Source of the DNA: Ranitomeya imitator
Taxonomy: Eukaryota
Assembly: GCF_032444005.1 (NCBI RefSeq)
Contig: NC_091285.1
Location: forward strand, 54,870,001-54,934,000
DNA length: 64,000 nucleotides
Reading direction: 5' to 3'
Positions 1 to 13,362 of this stretch are shown piece by piece. Every line of letters starts with the position of its first letter. Positions within the stretch are counted from its first letter, which is position 1. The translations under genes were made by a program, and so were the position numbers. A model generated the notes under the pieces. That model was given only the letters and a program-made list of their open reading frames with translations. It was not told where the DNA came from and ran no database searches.

Positions 1-1635
1 TAGAGGAGGAGATCCACTGTCTTTAGCCATCACTTGGAACTGAAATTCCCGCAACTGTTCATAGTCAAATGATCTCTGGGCGTAGAGAACTCCAGTTATA
101 GAATTAATGGAAACATAAGATGTCACAGGAATATCTTCTACATTGCTGTTGAGAATGCTGTAACTAATCTTCCCATTTTCATCACCATCAGGATCTGAGG
201 CTCGGACATTGTGTATTGATGTACCTGGTTGGTTATTTTCTCCAATATACAGAACATATTTCATCTTCTCGAAAACTGGAGCATTGTCATTCACATCTGA
301 GATATTGAGCTGAATGGTTTTGTTGGTGGACAGTGGAGGAGATCCGCCATCCATACATTGTATGGTGACATTGTAGGAAGGATTTCTTTCTCGGTCCATG
401 CTAGCTGCAGTTACCAGTTTATAGTAAGTACTAGAAGATGGAATTAGCTGAAAAGCCAAAGTGTCTGAGATGTGACAAACAACTTCACTATTCATCCCAG
501 AGTCCAAGTCCTGGACATTCAGTAATGATACCACAGTTCCTGGTGGTGAGTCCTCTGGAATTGATGCTGAGAGAGATGTGATAGTTATTTCAGGCTGATT
601 GTCATTGACATCTATCACTTGCACTGACACCTTGCAATGGGTTACATGACCTCCACCATCTTTAGCCATTACTGTCATTTCATAGGAATCTGTTGTTTCA
701 AAATCCAAATCTCCTATTACTTTGATGTCCCCATTTAATGAGTCTATAGTAAATAACTGATGAGCATTGTCAGAAATATGACTAAAGGAATAAGCTATTT
801 CCGCATTGGACCCTTCATCTTCATCAGTTGCATTTAGCTGAATTACAAGAGACCCAATAGCTGCATCTTCATGTAATCTTACACGATATGTGTCCTGATT
901 AAACATCGGCAGGTTGTCATTAACATCATGTACAATAATCCTGACTGTAGCAGTGCTTGACTTCTGTGGGTTACCTCCATCCAAGGCTGTTAATATTAAC
1001 TCATAGTAACTCTGTTTCTCTCTGTCCAGTGACTTTTCCAGAATAATTTCTGGATATTTAATTCCATCTGTTGTAATTTTTTCTCCAAGGCCAAAGTTTT
1101 CATTACCGGTCAGTGTATAACTTTGTATGGAGTTGGTGCCTAAGTCTGGATCTTGTGCATTTCGTAAAGCAAAACGAGCTCCCAGTGAGGTGAGCTCACT
1201 GATTTCTACTTCAAAATATTTGTCTGCAAATATCGGTGAGTTATCATTCACATCCTGGATTTCTATGGTGATTGTGTAAAAAGTCAAAGGATTTTCAATT
1301 ACAGCCTCCAGGTTTATAAAGCAGTTTGGTTTATTTCCACATAACATTTCTCTATCAATTCTGTCTGATACAAATAAGTCTCCATTTTCCAAATTAATGC
1401 TGAAATATTGTTTTCTTTTTGCTTTTGAAATTAGTTGAAATTTTCTATTTGCAAATTCATCCACATTTAATCCTAGATCTTTTGCCACATTCCCAATTAC
1501 AGATCCTTTCTTCATTTCTTCAAGTACTGAATATTGTAACTGGCCATAGGTATCACTGATAAAGAAGAAAATAATGGAAAATAACTGATATATCTGCTGC
1601 CATTGTTTTTTCCTGTTTCCTGCTGTATGATTCAT
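1..1635 (-). CDS. pcdhg: Clustered protocadherin gamma-type variable exon, partial (signal peptide to EC5; continues past the left edge)
   Basis: ATG at 1635 (MNHTAGNRKKQWQQIYQ...GQLQYS). The frame reaches VMAKDSGSPPL at position 1, the same 1635 nt length as the equivalent stretch of the exon at 12166. It is missing from the ORF track because it has no stop inside the window. Confidence 0.93.
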   Translation of the reverse strand, partial: MNHTAGNRKKQWQQIYQLFSIIFFFISDTYGQLQYSVLEEMKKGSVIGNVAKDLGLNVDEFANRKFQLISKAKRKQYFSINLENGDLFVSDRIDREMLCGNKPNCFINLEAVIENPLTFYTITIEIQDVNDNSPIFADKYFEVEISELTSLGARFALRNAQDPDLGTNSIQSYTLTGNENFGLGEKITTDGIKYPEIILEKSLDREKQSYYELILTALDGGNPQKSSTATVRIIVHDVNDNLPMFNQDTYRVRLHEDAAIGSLVIQLNATDEDEGSNAEIAYSFSHISDNAHQLFTIDSLNGDIKVIGDLDFETTDSYEMTVMAKDGGGHVTHCKVSVQVIDVNDNQPEITITSLSASIPEDSPPGTVVSLLNVQDLDSGMNSEVVCHISDTLAFQLIPSSSTYYKLVTAASMDRERNPSYNVTIQCMDGGSPPLSTNKTIQLNISDVNDNAPVFEKMKYVLYIGENNQPGTSIHNVRASDPDGDENGKISYSILNSNVEDIPVTSYVSINSITGVLYAQRSFDYEQLREFQFQVMAKDSGSPPL

Positions 1636-1862
1636 TGTCAGAAAGATATGATAAAAAAAGTTTCCTCTGTTGTAATCCACAATAAGGGAATATTATTCCA
1701 TAAAATGGGAATTCACCAATGAAGAATGTTTTGGTTGTCCAGACTGCAGGGTGTCCTCCAGAAAAATATCTGTGCTTTCTTATACTCGGCTCTGTGAGAT
1801 TGTAGTGATTTTAGTTGATTTTCTTTCTTTTGTTGGTGGAAAAAATTGATAAGCAGTCTTAT

Positions 1863-1895
1863 ACTGCCGCTTAGTGTTCAAAAATACTAACTGCT
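1863..1895 (-). promoter_or_regulatory. Pcdh promoter conserved element (CSE), CTCF-like site
   Basis: Minus strand reads AGCAGTTAG-TATTTTTGA-ACACTAAGCGGCAGT, ~230 bp upstream of the ATG. Near-identical copies precede the exons at 12166 and 24025. Confidence 0.75.
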
Positions 1896-2353
1896 ACTGT
1901 CCTGCAATATGACTTTGCAACTAGTTTGTGTCAGCTTTAATTCATAATTCATCATATTTTAAGTGAAAATAAAATATATCAATATAATAAATGCAATAAG
2001 ATTGTGCAACTAGTTTGAAAGTTTCAGTTTTGCATTTTTAATTTTCTTTGATAAAATATGTAAATATTTTAATTAACCTAAAAATATATAATTCTTGTTA
2101 AAAAGTATATCAATATAATAAAACATGATAGGAGTATGTAACAAAGTTTTTTGCTTAATTTTCTTATATTTTGAAACAAAACAGTTTTCTTTAGTCCTAA
2201 CTAGATGTGAGCGAATATGTTCAGAAAATGATCGCCGAACAAAAATTCTGCAAAAATATGGTACATATGGTACATTTGGATTCGTGATCGGTAACACAAG
2301 CATTTTTTTTAAAAAAATCAGTAAAAGTCGGTAACATAGGTAAAAGATAGAAT

Positions 2354-2433
2354 AAAAGCCAGCAATTCATGAGCTGCATACAGTAAAGTGACAGGTTAGA
2401 ATAGAAAAGATAGATTAGGCATATACACATAGA

Positions 2434-2478
<45 letters not shown>

Positions 2479-3836
2479 TGTCAATGACACACACATATGT
2501 ATATGTATTTGTATTGCATAGATAGATAGAAAAAAAAACGGCAATTCAGCTGCCGCATAGTGTAAAATCACAGCAGGAGCCAACAGGATAGAAGAGATGG
2601 ATTACACACAGTAAATACATATAGAATAGGTAGATATATAGATGTCAGTGACAAATGCAATTAGCACAATGTGTGTGCAGCTTACTGTATATATATATAA
2701 CAATTATTTTTCTGAAAAAAATGGCGTGGGCTCCCGCATAATTTTCATAACCAGCAGAGAGAAAGCCGATGGCTAGTTGCCGATGTTTATAGCCTGGAAA
2801 GGGGGTAATACCCATGGAGCTTCCCAGGCTATTAGTATCAGCTCACAACTGTATACTTAGCCTTTACTGGCTATTAAAATGGGGGACCCTAAAAAAGTGA
2901 CGTAGGTTTCCCATATAATTAATAATAAACAAAGGCTTTGCAGACAGCTGCATGACGATTTTAATAGTCTAGGAAGGAGCCATGGATACTAGCCCAGGCT
3001 AAAAACTTCAGCTCTTAGCCGCCCCAGAAGAGGCGCATCTCTAAGATGCGTCAATTCTGGCACTTAGCCTTGCTCTTCCCACTTGCCCTGTAATGGTGGC
3101 AAGTGGGGTGATAGTTGGGGGTTGATGTCACCTTTGTATTGTCAGATGACATCAAGGTCCGAGGTTAGTAATGGAGAGACATCAATAAGACACCCCCATT
3201 ACTAACCCCATATTCACATTGTATAAAAACAGACACCCAGAAAAAAGTTATTTCATTGAAACACACAGACTAGTTTAACTCACTGCACCTATGTGACGTC
3301 GGCACTCGTGCACTGACATCAGAAAGTTGAATTGAGTTCATTGGACATGAACCCACAGAACCTGTCAGACTGGCTAATTGCAGAATTGGCATATCTTAGA
3401 GATACATCTTTTTTGGGGAGGCTAAGAGCTGATGTTTTTAGCCTTGGGAGTGAAGTATCCATGACCCCTTCCTCTATGCTATTAATTTCAGTTGTCTGCA
3501 TAGCCTTTGCTGGCTATTAATTATAGGAGGACCCCACATCATTTTTTGGGGGTCCTCCACTTTAATAGCCAGTACAGGCTAATTATATAGCTGTGAGTTG
3601 ATATTAATAGCCTGGAAAGCTCCATGGTTATTACCCCCTTCCCAGGCTATAAACATCGTCCCCCAGCCATCAACTGTACATGTACAGCAAGCTGCACACA
3701 CGCTGTACAATTTGTATATGTCCCTGACATCTGTATAACTCTCTATTCTATGTGTATTTACTGTACATAATCCATCTCTACTATCCTCTCAGCTCCTGCA
3801 GTGAATTTAGAGTACGCAGCAAATGAATTGCCGGCC
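2354..3836. mobile_element. Non-autonomous fold-back DNA element with long imperfect inverted arms
   Basis: 2540-2900 is the imperfect reverse complement of 3520-3836 (e.g. gatggattacacacagtaaatacatatagaata vs tattctatgtgtatttactgtacataatccatc; agcctggaaagggggtaatacccatggagc vs gctccatggttattaccccct). No coding signature recognised. Confidence 0.55.
2438..2476. repeat. (AT)n microsatellite
   Basis: Uninterrupted AT run of ~19 units. Confidence 0.95.
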
Positions 3837-4114
3837 CCAATAAGATCTTCTGCTATGGGACGCCTTGATTTCTTTGTGCGCCCCTACCCACGAGGATATA
3901 CCGAATGCCCCAACTATATGGTCTGTGTCTTAAGATTTATGAAATAAAATGTACTTTTTGTGGGACAACCCTTTTAAGTTTGTTTCCATATTAGATCATA
4001 AGGAAAAATATCCTCAATTATACACATTATTTTCAATAAATATCAAAATTGACCTGCAACTTTGTGCAAATTTTACATTTTGGCCCTCTGTGTATTTGAG
4101 TTTGACATCACTGC

Positions 4115-4500
4115 ACTACACCGATGCATCTAGCCTGTGCCAGTCGCACCGGTTGCACATCAGCTACAGAGTTCAATATAAACTTATCACTCTCACCCAC
4201 AAACTGCTCCTAAGTTTAACACCACTCTGCTTCTCCTCCCTTGTCTCATTCTACCACACTACCTGTGCCCTCTGTTCACCTAATTTAATCTAGACAATCT
4301 ATCACGTCACTCCTTATTAAATCAGGTGCTCAGAGAAGGGATGCCACCCTAATGACCTAAAACTAACATGTGCTGTGCCAATTGTTGGGAATGTACTACC
4401 GAGGACAATTTGGTCAATTCCCAATTCCAATACTCACAGTTTTAAGCGTGGCCTAAAAACGCATTTCTTTAGACTGGCCTATTGCCTCTCCTTACTTATA
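4115..4500 (+). mobile_element. L2-clade LINE ORF2 C-terminal fragment
   Basis: Peptides SYRVQYKLITLTHK and HSFKRGLKTHFFRLAY match the L2 ORF2 C-terminus pattern. A homologous piece lies at ~17750-17900. Confidence 0.7.
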
Positions 4501-4509
4501 TCACTAAAC

Positions 4510-7500
4510 CCATTTTGCTCCAGTGGATGGCAAGGGCTGCATGAGGTGGCATCTCCTCCTCTTCCTCAACCTTAACATAACACACAGTACAATCCTCAGT
4601 GGTGGCACCCTATTACCCTTATTTCCTCCCACGTCACAACTCTCCAACCGCTCAATTGAATGTGGTAAACCACAGATGGATCTAGTCTGCAGAGCTGTTC
4701 ACACATTGTATTCCATGGGCATCAGAACTCTACCCAAAGATTCACAGAATCCAGAAGAGTAAATCATCTACACCGATTCACAAAATGATTTCCTGTTGGA
4801 TCCGGGGCCAGACTAAGTAGGGTCCGAGCAGCATCCAGACCCTTGTTACCAGACGAGGGAGTGGACATGATCCTGATGAGACCAAGACACCTGAGGCGCA
4901 CATGGACTCTACTGTGCTGTCAGGGCAGGAAAAGGAGGGTAACTGTCAGGGTGAGGATGTCGGAGAACAGAGAGGATGACAATAAGGTTGTAGATCCCAC
5001 TTAGTGTTACCCCAGACGTACGCAACTGAGTAGGTCAGCAAAGGAGCTGAAGAAAAAGGAATATGAGGAGGTTATGTTGTGGATTCCTGCACAGAGTGAT
5101 GCAAACATGACAAGCAATGCATCCTGAGCCACAGCTTTGGCTGCGGCTAGCAGTGATTGTGAATCTACAGTTCGCAGGGGTGGCAAGGGTCACCTAGCTT
5201 TGGCCTTTTTTGAGATTGCAAAAAGATGACTCAGTAGAAGCAAAAATTGCGATAATTTGACTACTACATGCATGAACCAACAAATGCAAGATCAACATGC
5301 GTTGGTCTGCGAATCTCACTGCGCAAAAATGCAGTCTAGACGGCTTCACCAACCACAAGCTGTCCCATCAACCGCATCTGATGCTTCTTCCTCCTCCATC
5401 ACCATGCAAAGTGTACTCTCACAGGGACACAGAACCACCACTTGTTTACCCTCTACAGTTAGGGTGAGTAAGAGCCCATCAGCTGTTATGGAAGTGGAGA
5501 AAACTCTGGCTTTCGTTTCACCTACCACACACCATATCTTTCTCAATCCGACATAACAAATTTTTTGATATGCGATGTGCCAACACGGTGGAATTCTGCT
5601 CTGTCATGTTGCAGCAACTGTGGCAGTAGCAACGAGCCCTGGTGCACTATGTACTTTTGCATAGCCTAAGATAACTCAGTACAGACATGGTCCAATCATG
5701 CTTCTGGAATGGGAACAGATGAAGGACCTCTGCACCCTTCCACACAGTTTCAAAATGGCTACTAAGAGGGCTAGCACTGAAGATGCCATCATCAGCATCA
5801 GTATTCCGGTCATCTATATGCTGGAGCACACTTTGAAAATTCTGCGGGAGGAGGTGGTGGTCCCTGAGGAAGAGGTGGAAACAGAGGAGGATGCGGAAGG
5901 GATAACAATATCTCTAAGTTCCTGACTGTCATTGCACAGGCGGGTGCCTTGGGAGGGTGGATTACAGTGATCGAGGGGGGCTCATGGTACCAGATCGAGG
6001 GGGGTTCATGAAAGGTATAGGAGCTGGGGAGCAAATGGAGGACAAGGAGGAAGAGGTGTTGGGCACGCAACAATCAGGAGATGAAGAAGATAATGATAAT
6101 CATTATTTATATATTCCGCAGTGCTTTACAGTTTAACAGTTCATATACAAATCATAAGTCAAAATATTCAAAGGCATAATGAGCTATTGAACCTGTTTTT
6201 GTTTTTTTAAATGTTTTTATGAGTCTGTCTTGTTGCACGTGATTTGTTGTTGTTTACATTAATAAAGTTCAAATTTTATATATTTTATATATTTTCCTGG
6301 GATTTTCCTATTTTTTAACATGCATCTTTTTCTCTTCTATTTTCTCCAACATTCAAAGTAATACAATAATGAAAGCAAAATAAGACGACCCTGCTCATGA
6401 GAGCTTATAGTCTACAATGAAGTAGGGGGAGACACAAAGTACAGGTGCATATTTACAATGATGGTTCATCCAACTTGAGGGAGTGAGGGATAAATAAATA
6501 AATGACGTAGTCACCAGCCAGTTTTTGTGGTGCTGTTGGTTGTGGTGGAGTTTAATGGAGGGTTATTCTCAAATAGATAGTGAATGGGCTGCACACACAC
6601 ACACACACACACAAAAAAGGACATTGATTAGGGAACATGATAGGCTGCTCTGAAAAGATGTGTTTTAAGGGAGCACCTAAAACTGTGTAAGTTGTGGACC
6701 GTCCTAATTTTTGTGGGTAGAGTATTCCAGAGGATTGGCGCAACGAGGCAGAAGTCTTGGATCTGGCATTTGAAGGTACGGATTACTGCAGAGGTTAGTC
6801 AAAAGTCGTTTGCAAAGCATAACGAGCAGGTAGGCCAAAAAACAGAAATGAGGGAGGAGATGTAGGGGGATGCCGCACTGTAGAGAGCTTTGTGGGTGAG
6901 GACAAGCAGTTTGAATTGGATCCTATAATGAATGGGCAGCCAGTACCGATTAGCCAGATAGATGACACTGGCTAATGCACTAAGGATGGAATGGAGAGGA
7001 AAAAGTTGACAGTGAGGCCAGTTAATAGAGCATTACAATAATCCAGGCGTGAGTGGATCAGGGCAACAGTGATGGTTTTTTTTGTTTCCATGGCAAGAAA
7101 GGGGCGTATTCTATAGATGTTCTTTAGGTGTAAGCAGCAAGAGTGGGCAAGAGATTGTATATGGGAGGTGAAGGAAAGATTGATGTCAAGCATAACACAC
7201 AGACAGCACGCCTGCTGCCTCGGCGCTTTTATGGTGCCAATCACAGATAGGGAGATGTCAGATTTAGGGATATTAGACATCGGGAGCAGATGAAGTTCAT
7301 TTTTGGACAGGTTGAATTTCAGATAGAGAGTGGACATGATGTTGGAGACTACAGACAGTCACTGGTGTTCTGTAGTACAGTAGGGCTAAGGTCAGGGGAT
7401 GAGGTGTATAGTTTTGCATCATCAGTATAAAGATGGTACTGAAAGTCAAATCTGCTGATGGTTTGTCTAATTGGGTCCATGAAGAGAAAGAGAAGAGAAG

Positions 7501-8995
7501 GGGGCCAAGGAATGAACACTGAGGGACCCCAAGAGTGAGAGGAAGACGAGATGAATTGGAGACAATGAACGATACACTGAAGGAGCGGTAAGAAAGATAG
7601 TTAGAGAATCAGGAGAGAGCAGTGTCCTTAATCCCTATTGACTGGATCATAGAGAGAAGGAGATGGTGGTCACCGGTGTCATGGTTGGCGGGATGGGACA
7701 GAGTGTTGAGTTTTACCCCACCACAAGCATACCATGAACTTGGACCTCATGGATACGCCCGACACAGGACCTCATGGATGCGCCCAACAAATGAGCGCCT
7801 TCTTGCTGCATCTGAAACATGAAGCTCGTATTGTTCAGATTAGAAATAATGCTGACTACTGAGTTACTACTCTGTAAGATCCACGATACAAGCGTACATT
7901 TTGCCAGATGCTTCCCCACTGGAAAGGATGCACGCATGCTGGAATATCGAAACACGCTTGTAGAAAATCTTAATAGAGGTTTTCCTCAAGACAGCAGTGA
8001 GGCACACAGTGTGCATCACAGTTATAGACTCCCAACCCTGGGAAACGTCAAGTTGTCAATGCAAAAATATTAGCAGCAGCAGCAGTGTAAGTTTCAGAAG
8101 CAATACCTGTTAGTTTATTCCCACATTTTTTAGACCAACCGATGCACCTGCAGAACAGAGTACAAGTCTGACATGTTGTGAACGACTGTAGAGGATGGTG
8201 CATGAGTATCTCGAGCTCAATATCAATGCCATAAGGAGGAATTTGGACCCTTTTGCATTTTGGTCTTCAAAAATTGAAGAGCGGCCTGAGCTTGTCTGTC
8301 ATGTCTTGGAGGTTTTGTCATGCTCGGTAGCAAACATTCTCTTACAACGTGTCTTAAGCGCTGCTGGTGGTTGTCTGAAGGATAACCTTTGTCATGGCTT
8401 CTGTGCATTCTGTTGCTATTGTTGATGATGTTACAAGCAATTTAGTGAAATGTGGAGACTCCAAGTTGGGTCTCCATCTGGTGGTGGAAGGTTGGGTCTC
8501 CAGCCTGTGGTGGAAGGGGTGTCAGAGCCCCATTATACTATTTTTACACTGGGGAAATTAATGCCACTTTAATGGTGTTTGGCAAACATTTTTTAAATTT
8601 GAAGACTCCAAGTTGAGTCTCCAACTGGTGTGTTGCCTGTAATGGAAGCTGTGTCAGAGACCATTATACTATTTCTACTGAGGGGAAATTGAGGACACTT
8701 TAGTGGTATGTGACAATAATTTTTTGAAATATGGAGACTCCAAGTTGGGTCTCTTTCATATGTGTTGCCTGAATTTGGCAGGGCTTTCAGAGCACCAGTC
8801 CTATACCTGTCACTTATCCACCTGTTACTGATAAATGTTTTAGCTAGAAATGCTGGTCCAATCCCTGTCTCAGGCCCTATTCCATGCATCCATGCTGCAC
8901 AATTATACTATTTGTACTCTGGGTCAATTGATGCCACTTTTCCTGCTGTCTGCCCCTACTTTGAGCTATTTTGGCAGTTTTTTTTGTTTGTTTTT
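4510..8995 (+). mobile_element. Decayed hAT transposon (copy 1), interrupted by an L2 insertion
   Basis: BED-finger remnant (WPFFE...TTCMNQ, ~5190-5290); EWEQMKDLCTL..FKMATKRAS (5698-5800); DY*VTTL*DPRYK (~7853-7895); hAT dimerization remnant DPFAFW...RVLSAAGG (8235-8375). Multiple stops and frameshifts. Confidence 0.8.
6085..7710 (-). mobile_element. 5'-truncated L2 LINE (RT domain to 3' tail), degraded
   Basis: Minus strand [13 protein letters not shown] (~7490-7530), YTDD (~7430), LKFNLSK...LDINLSFTSHI...SRLDYCNALL (ORF 6972-7337), WLPIHYRIQFKLL (~6900-6945). L2-type tail near 6090-6130. Confidence 0.85.
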
Positions 8996-9757
8996 GCTCT
9001 TCTCTGCAGACGTAGATTCACATATGTGTGGTTTGCTTCTAAATCAAAGGCTCAAACTATAAATCATCAAAAAAGCAAACATATTGGTAGACAGAAATAT
9101 GACAATAATAAAAGGGAGGATGTAAACGGTCTTGCGTTGTCTACGTTGGCATGACCATTGAGTCCAGTGATTAGTTGCAGCAATGACATGCTCTTTAGAT
9201 GTAACGTCACTGCTGCAGTCAGTCAATAAAGAAAGGAGAAGCACAAAGACATAACTCAACCTGTAGAGGGTAAGTAAGGCTGATTTTGGCATTTTTATCA
9301 AGCGAATACCACTGACTAGAAAAAAAAGGCTTATAACAAATAAACACTTTAATAATGAGACAGTAGGTGAACCCTCAAGTGTGCAGTACAATCCATAGCA
9401 GTACTGCCTAATTCTTTTCAAGACTTATAATCATCTAGGACAGGCAGACCAAAATATAGAATTGGTTACATAAAGTTTACATAAAAAGTATAAATCCAAA
9501 TTACTTCTGCAGATAAATGTAGAATAATAAAATGGCGTGCCTATTCTGTATCTGTATCTGTATCTAATAAATTAGAAGGCCTTAAAGTTTTTATAAAAGT
9601 ATATTTTGAACACTCATGCCTGTAAACCAAAAATGTAAAGTAAAACCTTCCATTAGATAAGAAACATGCTGCCGTAGAAATTAAAATAAATACAGAACAG
9701 AAAATGTTCTCTATCAACACAACTATAAAACACATATGAATAAGATTTGCTTCATAC

Positions 9758-12166
9758 CTGTGCAATGTTTCCACGACTCAGATCACTCCCAGCAGTAGTT
9801 TCCTCAGTGTCTATGAGATTCTCTGTGGGGACGTTCTGCACTGGTTTCAGATAAGCGATTTCATTCTGCTTGGAGTCCAGAGTCACACACACATCATATG
9901 AGAATGGGAAAGGTAAACTGGTATCACTGATCTCAGAAGGACATCCCAGGGTGAACTGAGGATACACGTTTCTGTTGTATGCCCCATAGCTTGTAGGGGT
10001 GCTTGATTTTCTGCATTTTAAGACTACAGTAATTAATACTGTTGCAATGAAAACAATTGATATAAGAGCGATGGAAACCACCAAGTAGAAAGTCACGTTA
10101 GAAGAAATATTGGAAATATTAGGTTGTTTCTTAATCTCTGGAACGACTTGTTGAAAGTTTTCAGCCACAACTAATTGTAATAAAACTGTACATGACAAAG
10201 ATGGGACCCCATTATCCTTCACCAGAACCACAATCTTTTGTCGCAAAATATCTGTGTCCTGAATGTCACGTCCAATTTTGATTTCACCAGTATATTTGCC
10301 AATGGTGAAAAAAGAAGGATCGGGAACTTGCAGTAAGTGATAGGAGAGCCAGGCGTTGTGTCCAGAGTCAGCGTCCACTGCAATCACTTTGGTGACTAGA
10401 TAACCTTTCTCAGCAGAGTGAGGAATAAACTCAAATAATGCTGATCCCTCAGTGTCTGGTGATGGGTAGAGGATCTTCGGAGCATTATCATTCTTATCAA
10501 TGATACATATCCTCACTGTGACATTACTGCTTAGAGGAGGAGATCCACTGTCTTTAGCCATCACCTGGAACTGAAATTCCCGCAACTGTTCATAGTCAAA
10601 TGATCTCTGGGCATAGAGAACTCCAGTTATAGAATTGATGGAAATATAAGATGTCACAGGAATATTGTCTACGTTGCTGTTTAGAATGCTGTAACTTATT
10701 TTCCCATTTTCATCACCATCAGGATCTGAAGCTTGGACATTTTGTATTGATGCACCTGGTTGGTTATTTTCTCCAATATACAGAATATATTTCATCTTCT
10801 CAAAAACTGGAGCATTGTCATTCACATCTGAGATATTGAGCTGAATGGTTTTGTTGGTGGACAGTGGAGGAGATCCGCCATCCATACATTGTATGGTGAC
10901 ATTGTAGGAAGGATTTCTTTCTCGGTCCATGCTAGCTGCAGTTACCAGTTTATAGTAAGTACTAGAAGATGGAATTAGCTGAAAAGCCAAAGTGTCTGAG
11001 ATGTGACAAACAACTTCACTATTCATTCCAGAGTCCAAGTCCTGGACATTCAGTAATGATAGGACAGTTCCTGGTGGTGAGTCCTCTGGAATTGATGCTG
11101 AGAGAGATGTGATAGTTATCTCTGGGGCATTGTCATTGACATCTATCACTTGTATTGTCACCTTACAATGGGTCACATATCCTCCACCATCTTTTGCTAC
11201 TACAGTGATTTCATAGGAATCCAATGTTTCATAATCCAAATTTCCTATTACTTTGATGTCCCCATTTAATGAGTCTATAGTAAATAACTGACGAGCATTG
11301 TCAGAAATATGACTAAACGAATAAGCTATTTCCGCATTGGACCCTTCATCTTCATCAGTTGCATTTAGATGAATTACAAGAGACCCAATAGCTGCATCTT
11401 CATGTAATCTTACACGATATGTGTCCTGATTAAATATCGGCAGGTTGTCATTAAAATCTTGTACAGTAATCCTGACTGTAGCAGTGCTTGATTTCTGTGG
11501 GTTACCTCCATCCAAGGCTGTTAATATTAACTCATAGTAACTCTGTTTCTCTCTGTCCAGTGACTTTTCTAGAATAATTTCTGGATATTTAATTCCATCT
11601 GTCGCTATTTTTTCTCCAAGGCCAAAGTTTTCATTGCCGCTCAGTGTATAACTCTGTATGGAGTTGGTGCCTAAGTCTGGATCTTGTGCGTTTCCTAAAG
11701 GAAAACGAGCCCCCGGAGAGGTAACTTCACTGATTTCTAAATCAAAATATTTGTCTGCAAATATCGGTGAGTTATCATTCACATCCTGGATTTCTATGGT
11801 GATTGTATAAAAAGTCAAAGGATTTTCTATTACAGCCTCCAGGTTTATAAAGCAGTTTGGTTTATTTCCACATAATGTTTCTCTGTCAATTCTGTCTGTT
11901 ACAAATAAGTCTCCATTTTCCAAATTAACACTGAAATATTGTTTGCTTTTTGCTTTTGAAATTAGTTGAAATTTTCTATTTGCAAATTCCTCCACATTTA
12001 ATCCCAGATCTTTTGCCACATTCCCAATTACAGATCCTTTCTTCATTTCTTCAAGTACTGAATATTGTAACTGGCCATAGGTATCAGTGATAAAGAAGAC
12101 AATAAAGGAAAATACCTGATAAATCTGCTCCCATTGTTTTCTTCTGTTTCTTGTTGTATGATTCAT
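9758..12166 (-). CDS. pcdhg: Clustered protocadherin gamma-type variable exon (complete)
   Basis: Six cadherin repeats, EC1 C-X5-C (CGNKPNC), VAVDADSGHNAWLSY and FYLVVSIALIS TM resembling gamma-B type. Ends in CAG|GTATGA donor at 9758/9757 (phase 0). Confidence 0.96.
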
Positions 12167-12390
12167 TGTCAGAAAGATGTGATATAAAAGTTTCCTTTGC
12201 TGTAATCCACAATAAGGGAATATTATTCCATAAAAAGGGAAATCACCAATGAAGATATTTATTGTAGTCCAGACTGCAGGGTGTCCTTCAGAAAAATCTG
12301 TGTTTTCTTATATCCGGCACTGTGAGGTTGTAATGATTTTAGTTGATTTTCTTTCTAGTCTATTTGGAAAAAATTTATAAGCAGTCTTAT

Positions 12391-12423
12391 ACTGCCACTT
12401 AGTGTTCAAAAATACTAACTGTT
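12391..12423 (-). promoter_or_regulatory. Pcdh promoter CSE, CTCF-like site
   Basis: Minus strand ACAGTTAG-TATTTTTGA-ACACTAAGTGGCAGT, 225 bp upstream of the ATG. Confidence 0.75.
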
Positions 12424-13362
12424 ACTGCTTTGCAATAAGATATTGCAATTAGTTTGTAAGAGTCAGCTTTACATTGTTCATTAATTTAGCATGATTGAGT
12501 GTTAGTAAAATACATAATTATTATAAATGCAATAAGATTTTGCAACTTGTTTGGAAGTTTCAGCCTTACATTTCTATTTTTGTATGGAAAATATGTTAAT
12601 ATTATATGTAACCCACAAATATATAATATTTATGAAAAAGTAGTTTATCAGAAGTGTATAAAATATTTCTAGATTCATTTAAAATATCACTTCAATAAAA
12701 CATAATTACAGTATGTAACACTGTTCTTTGTTTCATGTTCTTTTATTTAGAGACTAAACAGATTTCTTTACACTCTAAACATTTTACAATAAAAAAAGAA
12801 AAGAAAAAGAAATGCTACCACCTTTAGTGCTCTCTAGTTTATTATCTGGCAAACAAACTTTTTAAACTCATATTTTTTGCATATTTATAATAACACCTAA
12901 TGTGAGTATTTGCAGGCACATTGCTAAATTAAGCAAAAATCTTTAAAACTAGCTGTGTCTAACCATTCCAGGCTGCTCCAGTTCACTTATGATAATTGAG
13001 TATACAGACACAAGACAGAAGAGGCTCACAGCTGCTGCTTTCCAAGGAAACACAATTCCCTATCTGATGTAATATATTTTCCTGTCAGTTGTATCACAGG
13101 AGTTAGTGTTTCTGGTATGTCAGGAGTCGTGTGATCTTATCATTATTCAAATCATGAAAAATAGGCTCATCGGTAACTGGAGCTCACATATCACTTACTT
13201 GATTTATCATGAGCTCAGAGGGTTGGAAACACTCCTGTGATAAAATAGACAGGAAAATGTGTAACATCAGAAACTATCAGCTGTCAAACCCTGCTGTGTC
13301 ATCTGTATACTCCCTTATCTTAAATGATTTAAGATTCCCACCATGGCCAGGAGCTATGTATG

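Noticed and set aside
3319-3520. Protein-like ORFs in the centre of the fold-back element (possible captured exon)
   Set aside because: No family recognised and no clear splice context. A BLAST search would be needed before claiming capture.
10651-10839. Antisense ORFs within Pcdh exons (also 22459-22698, 51189-51392)
   Set aside because: Short opposite-strand shadows of conserved coding sequence with no independent signature.
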